Source: an uncultured bacterium
GTDB taxonomy: Bacteria; Patescibacteriota; JACMRA01
NCBI GenBank assembly: GCA_963784355.1
Contig: CAWAQU010000001.1
Location: 1 to 52,671, forward strand
Length of the DNA: 52,671 nt
Direction of reading: 5' to 3'
The position numbers and the translations under genes are program-made. Each line of letters opens with the position of its first letter. Position 1 is the stretch's first letter. The notes under the pieces are model-generated. The model saw only the letters and a program-made list of their open reading frames with translations. It ran no database searches and was not told where the DNA came from. Shown here piece by piece: positions 20,016 to 31,796 of this stretch.

Positions 20016-22907
20016 TTACTTTCCCGGCTTTTTATTAAACTCCCTCATAGCATTATCTTGGGTTTGTTTTGCCCTATTTTTATCAGGATAGTAACTTACT
20101 TTGAAATACTTTTTTCGCCTATCATATGCAATTGCCGGAACAGCCTCCAGATTTTCTTGAGTAATCGGATGTTTTGCAAAGATTATGTTTTGGGGCAAAT
20201 CAGGTAGTTTGTTTTCAGCGTAACTTTTCGGATCAATTTCCAAAATTTTATCTGCAGGAATAACACCGTTTTCTATAGCTTTTTTCCACAAGTTTAAAAC
20301 TATTTCTTGTACCGCAATTTCTTTAATGTTATTGAATTCTGTAACAGGCAAAGCAGGATGGGAATTATTTGTGCCAGTAAGTTTGATAAGTATAGACTTT
20401 TTATCTCTACCCGGCAAAATTGGAACCTCCTCCAGCTGAATTATACCCTCAATCGGGATTTCGATCCCTGCATAAAATTTACGCTTGTTTTTGTAGTAGA
20501 AAACTTTGTATTTTTTGTTGTTTATTTCAATTCTATCAGGGTTTTTCTCCAGAATCTTAGCTTGTTTTTCTTTGGAAATAAATTCCTCAAGTGTAAATTC
20601 TAGGTCAATTTTCCCCTGCTTTATAGCTTCTTTTAAACTTTTTTTGCTTGTAATCCCAAAAGGCAGTAGTTTTTCTGTAAATTTTTCGGCCAAACTAGAC
20701 TCTTTAAATTCTTGTATCTGGCCATTTGAGCGTACATGCAAGTCCAAAATTTGCTTTTCAAGATCTTTTATATTTTTTAGAAAATTAAATTCTGATAAGG
20801 TTTTCGCCGAGACTGCCTTGGTCAGATTTACAAGATGTTGTACAAAGATTTTTACAGCTTTTTCGGAATTTTCAGCAATTTTTGTTTGAGTAGCAATAGG
20901 ACGACCATCATTTTTCAAGTGATAACGGATAATTTCCTGAACTTCATCTTGCTTTGAATTGTATTCTATACCTAAAAATTGCTCATGTAAAATTTGGCTA
21001 CCAATTTCGGGAATCCATTCAAGTTCCACTTTTTCGCATTGAAAAGCCCCTGTATAGCCTGCCGCGTTGGTCATAATTTCTCCGGCAACAATGTATCTAG
21101 GCAAGGGACCGAGTCTTAGAGCTGAAGAGGGGTGGATTGTTATTCCCTCACCATTTCCGTACATACGTCTGTATTCTTCACGATTTATTCTTTCGAGTAA
21201 ATTTCCGATGCTTCCGGCCGCCACAGATTTTGCAATATGTTCTTGGTTTGTACTTGAAGTTGGGTCAATTCTGTGCCTTCTCAGAGTTTGAATCAGATCC
21301 TGTCTGATTAATTGGACTTCTTGTAACACTTTTGGGTTTAAAAAATTGGCTGTAGGCCACTCTAAATTATCAATATTTTTACTATGTTGATCCCATATAT
21401 TTAGAGAAGTTTCCTGATCAGAAAGGGGCTCACCTTTTTTATTGAGTTTAAAAGAACGATGTACAGCTTCAATCTCTTGCAAGTCGCCCGTAGAACGATC
21501 AAACACTGATTTGCAGGACATAAAAGCCGCAATAGTACAAATGGCATCCACACACCCAAATCTATTGGCTTCTACAACCATACGGCTAATATGAGGGTCC
21601 AGAGGTAAGTTTGCCATAATCTGACCTATTCCAGTGATGTTTTCGGCATCGTCTAAAGCACCTAAAATTTTTAAAGTGTTGATAGCTTTTTGAATACTTT
21701 TGGCTTTTGGCTGGTCAATAAATTTAAAGTTTATAACATCCTGAATTCCCAAACGTTTCATTTTTAAGACTGTTCCGGCTAAATCAGTACGTAAAATTTC
21801 TGGTACATCAAACTCAGGTCTAGGTGTTTGTTCATCATAAATTCTATAACATACTCCCGGAGCAGTTCGACCCGCCCTACCCTTTCTTTGATTTATAGCT
21901 GCCATGGAAGCTTCTTCATCCTCAAGTCTGGATATACCTGTTTTATGATCATAAATGCTTGATCTTTGCAGCCCCGCATCAATCACAACACGTACTCCGT
22001 CAATTGTCAGTGAGGTTTCGGCAATGTTAGTAGCAATAACTACTTTACGTTTTCCAGGATATTTCAAAAATACTTTTTCTTGCTCTAAAAGACTCTGTTG
22101 TCCAAAAAATGGCAATATTTCCAAATCGTCTAGGTTCTGATTTTTAATACTGGCAATAGTTTGTCTAATCTCAGCTTCACCGGGTACAAAAATTAAAATA
22201 TCCCCTTCCTGGTCTGAATTTACAACTTTTTTTACTTTTTTTGCAATTGATTGGATATAGTCTCTAGGACGTTCTTTTTCATAGTAAACTTGGACCGGAT
22301 ACATTTTTCCCGGAATTTCCAGTACCGGAGCGCCTCCAAAAAACTCGCTAAACTTTTCAGCTGGAATAGTAGCCGAAGTAACTAAAACTTTTAGCTCCTG
22401 CATTTTTCTCTTGCGTCTTTCCTCATTGACTGTTAAAATCAGCCCCATCAAAAAATCTACATTGAGATTACGGATATGAGCTTCATCTAAAATTATTCCA
22501 CTGTATTCGGGTAAAGTCTGTCCTGAGATCAATTGCTCAATCAAAATTCCGTCCGTCACATAATCCAGCACTGTGCCTTTGGTTGTAGTGTCGTTAAACC
22601 TCACATGATAACCCACGCTCTCACCTACTAGCTCGCTCTTTTTACTGGCAACGTATTCGGCTACAGTAATAGCAGCCGGGCGTCTAGGCTGCGTGGTAGC
22701 AATTTTGCCGTTTACAATCTCCGACATCATCCTGGCAATTTCCGTAGTCTTACCCGACCCGGTATTACCTATAATAATCGCGATAGTATTATTTCTGATA
22801 AGCTCTTTTATCTCCTCCTCATGCTCCAGCACCGGCAAATCCAAGATTTTCTCAAAGTCGGCAGTTTGATTTATATCGTTTAAGTTTATTTTGTTTTTTC
22901 CTTTCAT
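20016..22907 (-). CDS. DEAH/RHA ATP-dependent RNA helicase (HrpA-like)
   Basis: GNTGSGKTT, TQPRR, DEAH, SAT, ATNIAETSLTIDG and QRKGRAGR motifs; HA2 and OB-like segments. Confidence 0.92.
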   Translation of the reverse strand: MKGKNKINLNDINQTADFEKILDLPVLEHEEEIKELIRNNTIAIIIGNTGSGKTTEIARMMSEIVNGKIATTQPRRPAAITVAEYVASKKSELVGESVGYHVRFNDTTTKGTVLDYVTDGILIEQLISGQTLPEYSGIILDEAHIRNLNVDFLMGLILTVNEERRKRKMQELKVLVTSATIPAEKFSEFFGGAPVLEIPGKMYPVQVYYEKERPRDYIQSIAKKVKKVVNSDQEGDILIFVPGEAEIRQTIASIKNQNLDDLEILPFFGQQSLLEQEKVFLKYPGKRKVVIATNIAETSLTIDGVRVVIDAGLQRSSIYDHKTGISRLEDEEASMAAINQRKGRAGRTAPGVCYRIYDEQTPRPEFDVPEILRTDLAGTVLKMKRLGIQDVINFKFIDQPKAKSIQKAINTLKILGALDDAENITGIGQIMANLPLDPHISRMVVEANRFGCVDAICTIAAFMSCKSVFDRSTGDLQEIEAVHRSFKLNKKGEPLSDQETSLNIWDQHSKNIDNLEWPTANFLNPKVLQEVQLIRQDLIQTLRRHRIDPTSSTNQEHIAKSVAAGSIGNLLERINREEYRRMYGNGEGITIHPSSALRLGPLPRYIVAGEIMTNAAGYTGAFQCEKVELEWIPEIGSQILHEQFLGIEYNSKQDEVQEIIRYHLKNDGRPIATQTKIAENSEKAVKIFVQHLVNLTKAVSAKTLSEFNFLKNIKDLEKQILDLHVRSNGQIQEFKESSLAEKFTEKLLPFGITSKKSLKEAIKQGKIDLEFTLEEFISKEKQAKILEKNPDRIEINNKKYKVFYYKNKRKFYAGIEIPIEGIIQLEEVPILPGRDKKSILIKLTGTNNSHPALPVTEFNNIKEIAVQEIVLNLWKKAIENGVIPADKILEIDPKSYAENKLPDLPQNIIFAKHPITQENLEAVPAIAYDRRKKYFKVSYYPDKNRAKQTQDNAMREFNKKPGK

Positions 22908-23055
22908 GAAACTATTTACTCTTAAGATTCTTTAGCTTTAATAGTAACTTATAGGAAATGGTCGACTTTGGCAAGTGGCAGCAGTTAAGACTTGGATTAA
23001 AGGGAAGTTACTTAAAATACCCCCTAAAATATTATAACTACTATTGAGTATTTTA

Positions 23056-23382
23056 CTACTTTCTAATTTCAGGATGATAATCACCAATGTAAACCTTTAC
23101 TTTTTGGCCATTTTGCTGTATGAAAAGTAGTCTTTGTCTTGCACCAATATCAAATGTACAATTATCTGTTTTTGTTGGATCAAGCTTTACTCCATCTATA
23201 GTTTCTTGGCCAAGAATTTTGTGCATGCCACGTCTTAAACCTGAAGTGCTACAATAATGACTATATTTGTCTATTAGTTTTGAGTTATCCACGGCATTTA
23301 AAAGCGTAGTTTGATAAAACTCATTTAATATACGTATAGTTTGACGTTTTTCCGAATCCTCTAGCAAGCTAAAATTAGACAT
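23056..23382 (-). CDS. Hypothetical protein with a RelE/YafQ-like C-terminus; frame stays open upstream to ~23553
   Basis: L...HKILG...FDIGARQRLLF....KVYIGDYH pattern. Confidence 0.45.
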   Translation of the reverse strand: MSNFSLLEDSEKRQTIRILNEFYQTTLLNAVDNSKLIDKYSHYCSTSGLRRGMHKILGQETIDGVKLDPTKTDNCTFDIGARQRLLFIQQNGQKVKVYIGDYHPEIRK

Positions 23383-23634
23383 GCTTGATGGTGTTAGTTC
23401 GATGTAGGGTAGTAATTCATTAACAAGTTCAAAAAAAACTTTAGCTAATTCTACATTTTTTAATCTTTTCAGGTTTGTATATGAAAATTTAGTCTCTTCT
23501 TGGTTTGCTAGATTTTCTTTGGAGCTTAATGCCAGTTTTGTAAGTTTATTTGATCAACTAAAGAATAAAACACCAAGTGAAATGCCAAGAGTAGCAATGA
23601 ATGATGCTGACCCAAAAAAAATACCGCCATATTA

Positions 23635-24499
23635 GAACCTGTTTGAATACTTTCTAAAATTAATCTGTAATAAGTCAGTATGGCTTATCCATCTGATTTA
23701 ACTCAAGCAGAGTACGAGGAAATAAAACACTATCTACCTGATAAAAAATGTACTAAACCTCTAAAATGGACAAAACATCAAATTATCAATGGAATGATGT
23801 ATGTCTTGGTTTCCGGGTGTCAGTGGAGGATGCTCCCTAAAGATATGCCGCCTTGGGAAACAGTATATTACTATTTTAATACATGGAAGAAAGCAGGAGT
23901 AATAGACCTGATTTTAAAAAAATCTGGTAAAAAAGTATCGTCTATTGCTGGGAAAAGAACCTTTACCGACAAAGGGTATTATTGATTCCCAGAGTGTTAA
24001 AAATACTGATTGTGCATGTAAAAAGCAGAAAGGTTATGACGGAGGTAAGAAAGTAGGAGGAATCAAAAGACATTTAGTAACTGATACTAATGGTCTGCCT
24101 TTGGACATTGTCATTACTCCTGCTAATGAAAGTGAACGAGATGTTTGTTTTCAAATTCTGTTAAACCAAGAAGAGCTGCTTGTCAGACTTGAGGAAATAT
24201 ATGCAGACAGCGGTTACAAAGGAGAAAGGTTTGAATTTGAAATATATCAGGATACGGGAGTGATAATTACTGTAGTTCCAAGAAGACAGAATACTAAGAC
24301 AAGTTTTGCTGTAGTACCAAAAAGATGGGTTGTGGAAAGATCCTTTTCCTGGCTGGATAAATGCCATAGGTTATGGAAAAATACTGAGAGGATGATAAAT
24401 ACAAGTAAAGCAATGATTCAACTATGTTTCGTTAGATTATTGGCAAGGAGACTTGGAAATTGGGGAGTTTAGTGATGGGTAGAGATTTCAAACAGGTTC
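23635..24499 (+). mobile_element. IS5-family (IS1031-like) insertion sequence, 865 bp
   Basis: Perfect terminal IRs GAACCTGTTTGAA (23635-23647) and TTCAAACAGGTTC (24487-24499); TTA target duplication at 23632-23634 and 24500-24502. Confidence 0.95.
23680..24472 (+). CDS. IS5 transposase in two frames (orfA 23680..23985, orfB in the +1 frame), joined at the A7 run 23916-23922
   Basis: YPSDLT, GCQWRMLP.D.PPW.TVYYYF; IIDSQSVK, GYDGGKK, ADSGY and RWVVERSFSWL motifs. Confidence 0.93.
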
Positions 24500-25498
24500 T
24501 TATATACAAGCAATTTTGAACTTAGATAGCCATCCTCATAAGCCAGCTGAATTTATAACAGGTAGAATCATATATGATAATATCACTACATCTTCAATAC
24601 TAAATTTTTTGATTTCGGAAATTAATAAACAAGAATTTAGATTCAAAGAAAATTCACGTCCTATTAAAGAAGTTGGCGGGATTAACGAAGCAAATATGAT
24701 AACATTATTTGGCAATATAATAACAGCGGAAGGTTTTGATACAAAAAAAATTTCTGCTGTTACAGGTGAAGGAAGTGGACTTATTGAAAACATGGGTTGG
24801 AAACGAGTTGAAAATGAAGGTACAACTAGACAGTTAACTGAAAAATATCAACAGCCTATTCACTTTTCGCAATTTCCTTGGATCGAAACTGACAATCGCC
24901 GCCTTGCTAATAATTTTATCAAACAAATATCTATAGAAACAGATAAATCAAAAATATTGAATGCTGACCTTAGACGCTCATGGGATAGTTTTGGGGAAAT
25001 TGGCACCGAGGAAAGAATTGGGGAAAACAACAATTTAAAAATTGAAGATATTGACTCAGAGATTGGTAAGATCTTAACTGAGCAGGGCTATGAATTAATC
25101 TACCCTGACAATCAAAATCCTGACATACTATTAAGTTTTATGTATTTCCATGAGGTTAAACAAATTTTTGACAGATATGCCAATAAAGCCAAAAGTGAAA
25201 TCCCGCACGATAATTTCAAATATATATTTAGCAAGTTTAACAATCCATGGAGCAAAGATAAGTGTTTACAAGAATTGTACTCTGAGCTTATTTATTTAGG
25301 TCAGTGGAAAGGATACACTAGAATTGAAATAGAAAGTGAGGTAGTTTTGGATATAAGGCGCAAATATAATTTAGTTACTAGTGTAACCAAAAAAGCAAGA
25401 AGAGATTTGGGGAAAAGTAAAAACAGGCCTGATATCGAATCACAGTAGACTCAGTTATAGTATTGCACACAATAAAAAATTCAAGCAAGGAAACTTGT

Positions 25499-26574
25499 CT
25501 AATCCCCGAAACAGATTCCTAATTCCCTAGCTCTTAAAACTATATCACTTTCTGGATTTACAAGTTTTACGCTTTGCTTGTACATTTCCAAACTATTTTC
25601 TACAAACTGGCCGTTTACATATCCCACAGCACAACCAAATTTTTGCTCTCTAACCATTTTTCCTGCATAGGCCCCAAACATACGGGATAAGATTCTATCC
25701 CAGCCATTTGGACTTCCTCCTCTTTGCACATGGCCAAGTACTGTATTTCTAGCCTCAAACTTGCCTGATGAATTTAAAAATTTTGCTAAATTCTCCCTAC
25801 ACCACCAAGTTTTGTTTCACTACTTTGACCACCGCCACTTTTCACACTTACTCCATTTTGCCTGTCTATCGCGCCTTCAGCAACTACCACCAGCCCCCAA
25901 GTTTGTTTATTATTTAATCTTTTTTCAAAAAACTTTTCTATTTTATCATTTTCAAAAGGTATTTCAGGAATTAGGATGCAGTGAGCACCACCTGCTATTC
26001 CGCTGTAGAGTGAGATCCATCCGGCATTTCTACCCATTACTTCAAGCACCATGATTCTGTCATGACTTTGTGCAGTTGTAGAAATTCTATCCAAAGCTTC
26101 AGTAGTAATTTCCACGGCTGTTTGAAAACCAAAAGTAAAATCGGTACCAGGTAAGTCATTATCTATACTTTTAGGCACTCCAATAGCCTTTATACCATGT
26201 TCCTGTAATTGAAGCAAGGTAGTCATAGTACCATCGCCACCCAAAACAACTAGAGCCTCTAGCCCCAATTCATTATAGCTATTTACAGTCTGCTTAATAA
26301 TCTCAGGATCAATTTGGTGTACATTTCCAAGTCCGATTTTTCCGGCAAACCTACCTTTATTTACGCTCTTTAAAAATGTTCCACCTTGAAATCTATATGG
26401 ATCCGTAATTTCGGGAGTCAACTTTATGTAATTTTTATCTAATAACCCTTCAAAACCCTTGTAAAATCCTAAAATTTCGTAATCAGGGTATAGTGAAGTA
26501 ACCACAGCACCAGTTACAGTATTAAGCCCGGGACAGTCTCCACCGCTATTAATTATACCTATTCTTTTAGTCAT
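25499..26574 (-). CDS. pfkA: 6-phosphofructokinase, frameshifted at ~25795 (one G missing from a G run)
   Basis: SGGDCPGLN, GGDGT, PKSIDND, EVMGRNAGW, VAEGA. Adding one G continues the frame as ENLAKF...RNTVLGHVQRGGSP...DR into ORF 25499..25729. Confidence 0.92.
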
Positions 26575-26607
26575 ATATCAAAAAGCCTATTCTAAATATC
26601 AAATTAT

Positions 26608-27693
26608 TTATTCAAAAAATTGCCAAGTATCTATATTGTTAAGTTCTCTACAAGCTTCTTCCAAACGAGTTATAAAGCCAATTTCACCTTGTCTAAGCCA
26701 AGCTCTAGGATCATAGTATTTTTTATTTGGTTTCTCTTCTCCTTCAGGATTGCCAAGTTGAGTTTGAAGATAGCCTGAATTTTTATCAACAAATCCTTTT
26801 ACTCCATTCCAAAAAGCCCATTGGAGATCTGTATCTAAATTCATTTTAACTACTCCATAGCTTACTGCCTCTTTAATTTCCTCTATAGTAGAGCCTGATC
26901 CGCCATGGAAAACCAGATTTAATGGCTCACTTTCGGTATTAAACTCTTTTTGCACATACTCTTGAGAGTTTTTCAAAATAATTGGTTGCAAGTGAACATT
27001 ACCTGGTTTGTATACACCGTGTACATTACCAAAAGAAGCGGCAATACTGAAATTAGGTGAAATCTCACTCAAAGTTTTATAAGCTAAAGCTACATCTTCA
27101 GGCTGAGTATAAAGCTTATTATTTTCAATCCCCTCATGATTTACACCATCTTCTTCACCACCAGTTATACCAAGCTCAATCTCTAGCAAGCAATCAATTT
27201 TACTCATTCTTTCCAGATATCTTTTAGAAATCTCCAAATTTTCACTTAGCGACTCCACACTTAAATCAAGCATGTGAGAAGTAAAGAGTGGTTTACCATG
27301 TTTTTGGTAATACTTTTCACTTTCATCAAGCATACCATCCATCCAAGAAAGCAGTTTTTTAGCACAATGATCAGAATGTACACCTACTGCTACACCATAA
27401 GTACTAGCAAGTTCGTGTATAAATTTTGCCCCTGCAATACTTCCGGCAACTGAAGCTTGATTATTGTCATTTGGTAGAGATTTTCCGGCTACAAATTGAC
27501 CACCTCCGTGAGAAAATTGGATAATCAAAGGGCTATTTACTTTAGCTGCAGTTTCCATTGCTGCATTTATCGTGTCACTCCCAGTTACATTTACTGCCGG
27601 TAGAGCAAAGTTATTTTTTTTAGCTACGGAAAATACTTCACGCATTTCTTTACCGCTAAAGACTCCATGTTGATATTTTGTTGGTACAGACAT
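26608..27693 (-). CDS. fbaA: Class II fructose-bisphosphate aldolase
   Basis: HSDHC, EIELGITGGEEDG, FGNVHGVYKPGNV, FHGGSG and KKYYDPR motifs. Confidence 0.97.
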   Translation of the reverse strand: MSVPTKYQHGVFSGKEMREVFSVAKKNNFALPAVNVTGSDTINAAMETAAKVNSPLIIQFSHGGGQFVAGKSLPNDNNQASVAGSIAGAKFIHELASTYGVAVGVHSDHCAKKLLSWMDGMLDESEKYYQKHGKPLFTSHMLDLSVESLSENLEISKRYLERMSKIDCLLEIELGITGGEEDGVNHEGIENNKLYTQPEDVALAYKTLSEISPNFSIAASFGNVHGVYKPGNVHLQPIILKNSQEYVQKEFNTESEPLNLVFHGGSGSTIEEIKEAVSYGVVKMNLDTDLQWAFWNGVKGFVDKNSGYLQTQLGNPEGEEKPNKKYYDPRAWLRQGEIGFITRLEEACRELNNIDTWQFFE

Positions 27694-27714
27694 ATTAATA
27701 TTGATACAAAAAAT

Positions 27715-28812
27715 TTACTTACTTAAATACTCCAAAGTTGCTCCTCCACCCATAGATACAAAATCAAATTTACTGATTATTGCTTCAGGGAAAGATGAAT
27801 TAGTATCGCCGCCGCCTACAGCTTTAAAACAATCATCTAGACTCACTACAAAAGTAGCCAGTTCCAATGTTCCTTGGTCAAAAGGAGGTTTTTCGTAAAA
27901 TCCCAGGGTTCCATTCCAAAATAGCGTTTTAGCTTCTTTAGCTACATTTTTAAATAATTCTAAGGTTTTTGGACCCACATCGCGTCCGTAAGTTTTTTCT
28001 CCCTCAGACTCATAGACAAAATCTAGAGGTAAAACTAGTTTCTCTTTATTATTTTGCAGCATTTCTTTTGCAGCTTCCAAAAAATCCTCTTCAATCATAG
28101 AATCATATACTGGTGGTAAGCCCAGCCAACCAAGCTCCGTAGCGGCTTTTACAAAAGTAAAACTTAATAAACCTCCCAATATAATTTTATCTGCTTTAGG
28201 CAAAATTTTACCGATCAGAGGTAATTTAGTTTCTAACTTAGCTCCGGCCATGACAACAATTAGTGGTGATACCGGGTGTTCTTTGATTTTGTTTAGATTT
28301 TCAAGCTCTTTTTGGTATGCAAGCCCATAAGACCAAGGTAAAAGATCTTTGATTTCGCAATTTGTAGCTTCTTTTCTATGGCTTGATGGAAAAGCTTCAT
28401 CTACATAAAAATCAGCCAAAGTCGCGTATTCTTTAGCAATTTCCAATCTTTCAGCGTTGTCTTTGGATTTTTCTTTTGGTTCAAAATGAGTGTTTTCCAG
28501 TACAAAAACTTGATGAGTAGAGCTTTTTACTTTATTAGCAGCTTCACTAAATGAATTAAATTGATTTATAAATTCCACCTTTACGCCAAGATTTTTATTG
28601 ATTACCTCAAGCATTTTTTGTGTACTTAGAGCCTCCTCCTGACCTTTAGGTCTGCCCCATTTAGTAGCTAATATTACTTTGTTGCCTTGCTCAATTAAAA
28701 GCTTTATAGTAGCTTTAGCATCATCAATCCTAGCCACATCTTCTAAAGTAGGTAAATCAAAACCTACCCTGACTAGGACAATTTTATTTTGCATTTGTTT
28801 AATATCAATCAT
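27715..28812 (-). CDS. pgk: Phosphoglycerate kinase (short, divergent)
   Basis: GRPKG, LEN..F, SHR, GAK..K, DVGPKT, WNG..G.YE, GGGDT and S.GGGA.LEYL motifs; glycolytic context. Confidence 0.88.
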   Translation of the reverse strand: MIDIKQMQNKIVLVRVGFDLPTLEDVARIDDAKATIKLLIEQGNKVILATKWGRPKGQEEALSTQKMLEVINKNLGVKVEFINQFNSFSEAANKVKSSTHQVFVLENTHFEPKEKSKDNAERLEIAKEYATLADFYVDEAFPSSHRKEATNCEIKDLLPWSYGLAYQKELENLNKIKEHPVSPLIVVMAGAKLETKLPLIGKILPKADKIILGGLLSFTFVKAATELGWLGLPPVYDSMIEEDFLEAAKEMLQNNKEKLVLPLDFVYESEGEKTYGRDVGPKTLELFKNVAKEAKTLFWNGTLGFYEKPPFDQGTLELATFVVSLDDCFKAVGGGDTNSSFPEAIISKFDFVSMGGGATLEYLSK

Positions 28813-28825
28813 AAAAATACTTATT

Positions 28826-29788
28826 CTAATTTACTCTGTCATTAATTTCCCCTTTTTCAAATCCGGTAATATGTTCTATGGTCGAGTCTAAAATACGCAT
28901 TAGAGCATCTTTAGTATAATATGCAGAGTGAGGGCTAAAAATTACATTATCTCGCACCAAAATATTTTTTTGCTCTAAAGTAACATTTCCCAAATACATT
29001 TGATTTTCACCATCAATCGTATCAAGTCCGGCAGCTTTGAAAATACCTGAATCCAAGGCATAAATTAGATCCTCATTTTTAATTAAAGCTCCACGTGAAG
29101 TGTTGATAAAAATTACATCTTTTTTTAGTTTATCCAGATTTTCACGACTTAAAATACTCTCAGTTTCTTTGCTAAAAGGCACATGTATGGATAAAATGTC
29201 AGCATTTTTGAGAACAGTGTCCAAGTCCACATATTCGAATCCGACTTTTTTAGCTAAATCTGCATTTTGAAAAACATCGTAGACTAAAATTTCCATGTTG
29301 AAAGCCTTAGCAATTTGAATTACGTTAGCACCGATTCTGCCTGAACCGATTACTCCAAGTTTTTTTCCATTTAACTCAAATCCGAGGCAATCTTTATATT
29401 CAAAATTGGCTTTTTTGGACCTTTCAGCTAGAACAGGTAGGTATTTAGCTAAACTTAAAAGTAGCGCAAAAGTATGCTCGGCAATAGTATTGGATCCATA
29501 AGCTTTTACATTGCAAACAGGAATATCTTTTTGTTTAGCATGTTCAATATCAATATGATCAAAACCGGTAGACCTTGTAATGATAAGTTTTAAATTGGGT
29601 AGGGCGTCTATTACTTTAGCTGTGACTTTGTTGTAAATAAATACTGACAAAACTTCCGCATCTTTAAACTGCTCAATATTTCCCTCAACATCCTCTGAAT
29701 CAATAAAAATATGGCTGTTACCTGATACCTTGGACTTTATATATTCTTTTTCCCAGTCCTCCAAGGCAAAATGTGCAATAGTAATCAT
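28826..29788 (-). CDS. D-isomer-specific 2-hydroxyacid dehydrogenase (probable D-lactate dehydrogenase)
   Basis: TRSTGFDHID, GVIGSGRIG, INTSRG and SPHSAYYT motifs. Confidence 0.88.
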   Translation of the reverse strand: MITIAHFALEDWEKEYIKSKVSGNSHIFIDSEDVEGNIEQFKDAEVLSVFIYNKVTAKVIDALPNLKLIITRSTGFDHIDIEHAKQKDIPVCNVKAYGSNTIAEHTFALLLSLAKYLPVLAERSKKANFEYKDCLGFELNGKKLGVIGSGRIGANVIQIAKAFNMEILVYDVFQNADLAKKVGFEYVDLDTVLKNADILSIHVPFSKETESILSRENLDKLKKDVIFINTSRGALIKNEDLIYALDSGIFKAAGLDTIDGENQMYLGNVTLEQKNILVRDNVIFSPHSAYYTKDALMRILDSTIEHITGFEKGEINDRVN

Positions 29789-29808
29789 AAAGTTAAAATT
29801 AAATTAGT

Positions 29809-30594
29809 TTATATATTTTGTAAACCTCTAGTCATTCCCAAAACCTTTGCAGGAACCAATGAAGCACCACCGACTAAAAAGCCATCAATCAAATCTGACT
29901 GAGCAAATTCGGCAATATTAGTTTCATTTACGCTTCCACCATACAAGATACCAATTTTATCTGAACCTGCACCAAAAATGTCACTTAGTATATTCTTAAT
30001 AAATTCATTTACCTCCTCGACTAGTTCTTTTGTCGCAGTTTTACCGGTACCAATAGCCCAGACAGGTTCGTAGGCCACAATTAAATTGTACGAGCTTTGC
30101 AGATTTGAATCAGGTTCAACATTTTGTAATCCTTCTCTGATTTGACTTTCAAGCTCACCCCATTGAATATCAGTAATCTCAGAATTTTCCTGAAATCCAA
30201 TACAAAGCATAGGAATTAAGCCATTTTTAACTGTTTGAATGACTTTTTGATTGACTTCTGAGTTTGATAATTTATGCAAAGCTCTAGTCTCAGAGTGACC
30301 AATTATTACATATTCTACACCGATGCTTTTAGCCATTAATCCAGAAATCTCTCCTGTAACTGCACCAGACTCCTTAGCCGAGATATCCTGTAAGCCAAGT
30401 TTACAATTAAGAGCTGAATTCTCTTTGATTTCAACAAGATTATTTATATATATTGACGGTGGGCAGACTACAGTTTCAAAATTACCGCTAACCTCAAAAG
30501 CTTCTTTGTAATTTGTAAATAATTCTGTAGCTTCATTCAAAGTAGCTGGATTCATTTTCCAGTTTAGTGCTAATATTTTTGATTTTTCTAACAT
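29809..30594 (-). CDS. tpiA: Triosephosphate isomerase
   Basis: NWKMN, IGHSETR, AYEPVWAIGTG, LYGGSV and LVGGASL motifs. Confidence 0.97.
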   Translation of the reverse strand: MLEKSKILALNWKMNPATLNEATELFTNYKEAFEVSGNFETVVCPPSIYINNLVEIKENSALNCKLGLQDISAKESGAVTGEISGLMAKSIGVEYVIIGHSETRALHKLSNSEVNQKVIQTVKNGLIPMLCIGFQENSEITDIQWGELESQIREGLQNVEPDSNLQSSYNLIVAYEPVWAIGTGKTATKELVEEVNEFIKNILSDIFGAGSDKIGILYGGSVNETNIAEFAQSDLIDGFLVGGASLVPAKVLGMTRGLQNI

Positions 30595-30719
30595 ATGTAA
30601 ATTAAGAATTACTTCTAAAAACTCTATTAATAAATTTTAATTTTAGGCAATACTATTTTTTTTGAACCATTGACAAATTATATATAATTGTTAGACTTCA
30701 AGTAAAGTTAAAGTAATAA

Positions 30720-31736
<1,017 letters not shown>

Positions 31737-31737
31737 G

Positions 31738-31766
31738 TTGACATTTTATCGCAAAAATGGTATAAT
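31738..31766 (+). promoter_or_regulatory. Perfect-consensus sigma70 promoter with no downstream sense ORF
   Basis: TTGACA-17-TATAAT with an extended -10 TG. Confidence 0.7.
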
Positions 31767-31796
31767 AAAGTATATTAAGAACACATTTAACACTAA

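Larger units (their letters stand above)
23582..25448 (+). pseudogene. Hypothetical gene interrupted by the IS5 element
   Basis: Removing the IS and one TTA copy joins MPRVAMNDADPKKIPPY in frame to YIQAILNLDSHPHK... (ORF 24516..25448). Confidence 0.75.

Noticed and set aside
1387-25448. Integrated prophage or island at ssrA
   Set aside because: No integrase, phage structural genes or duplicated tmRNA 3' end were seen.
25780-25800. pfkA as a true pseudogene or programmed frameshift
   Set aside because: One G missing in a G run restores an intact enzyme, which is typical of long-read error.
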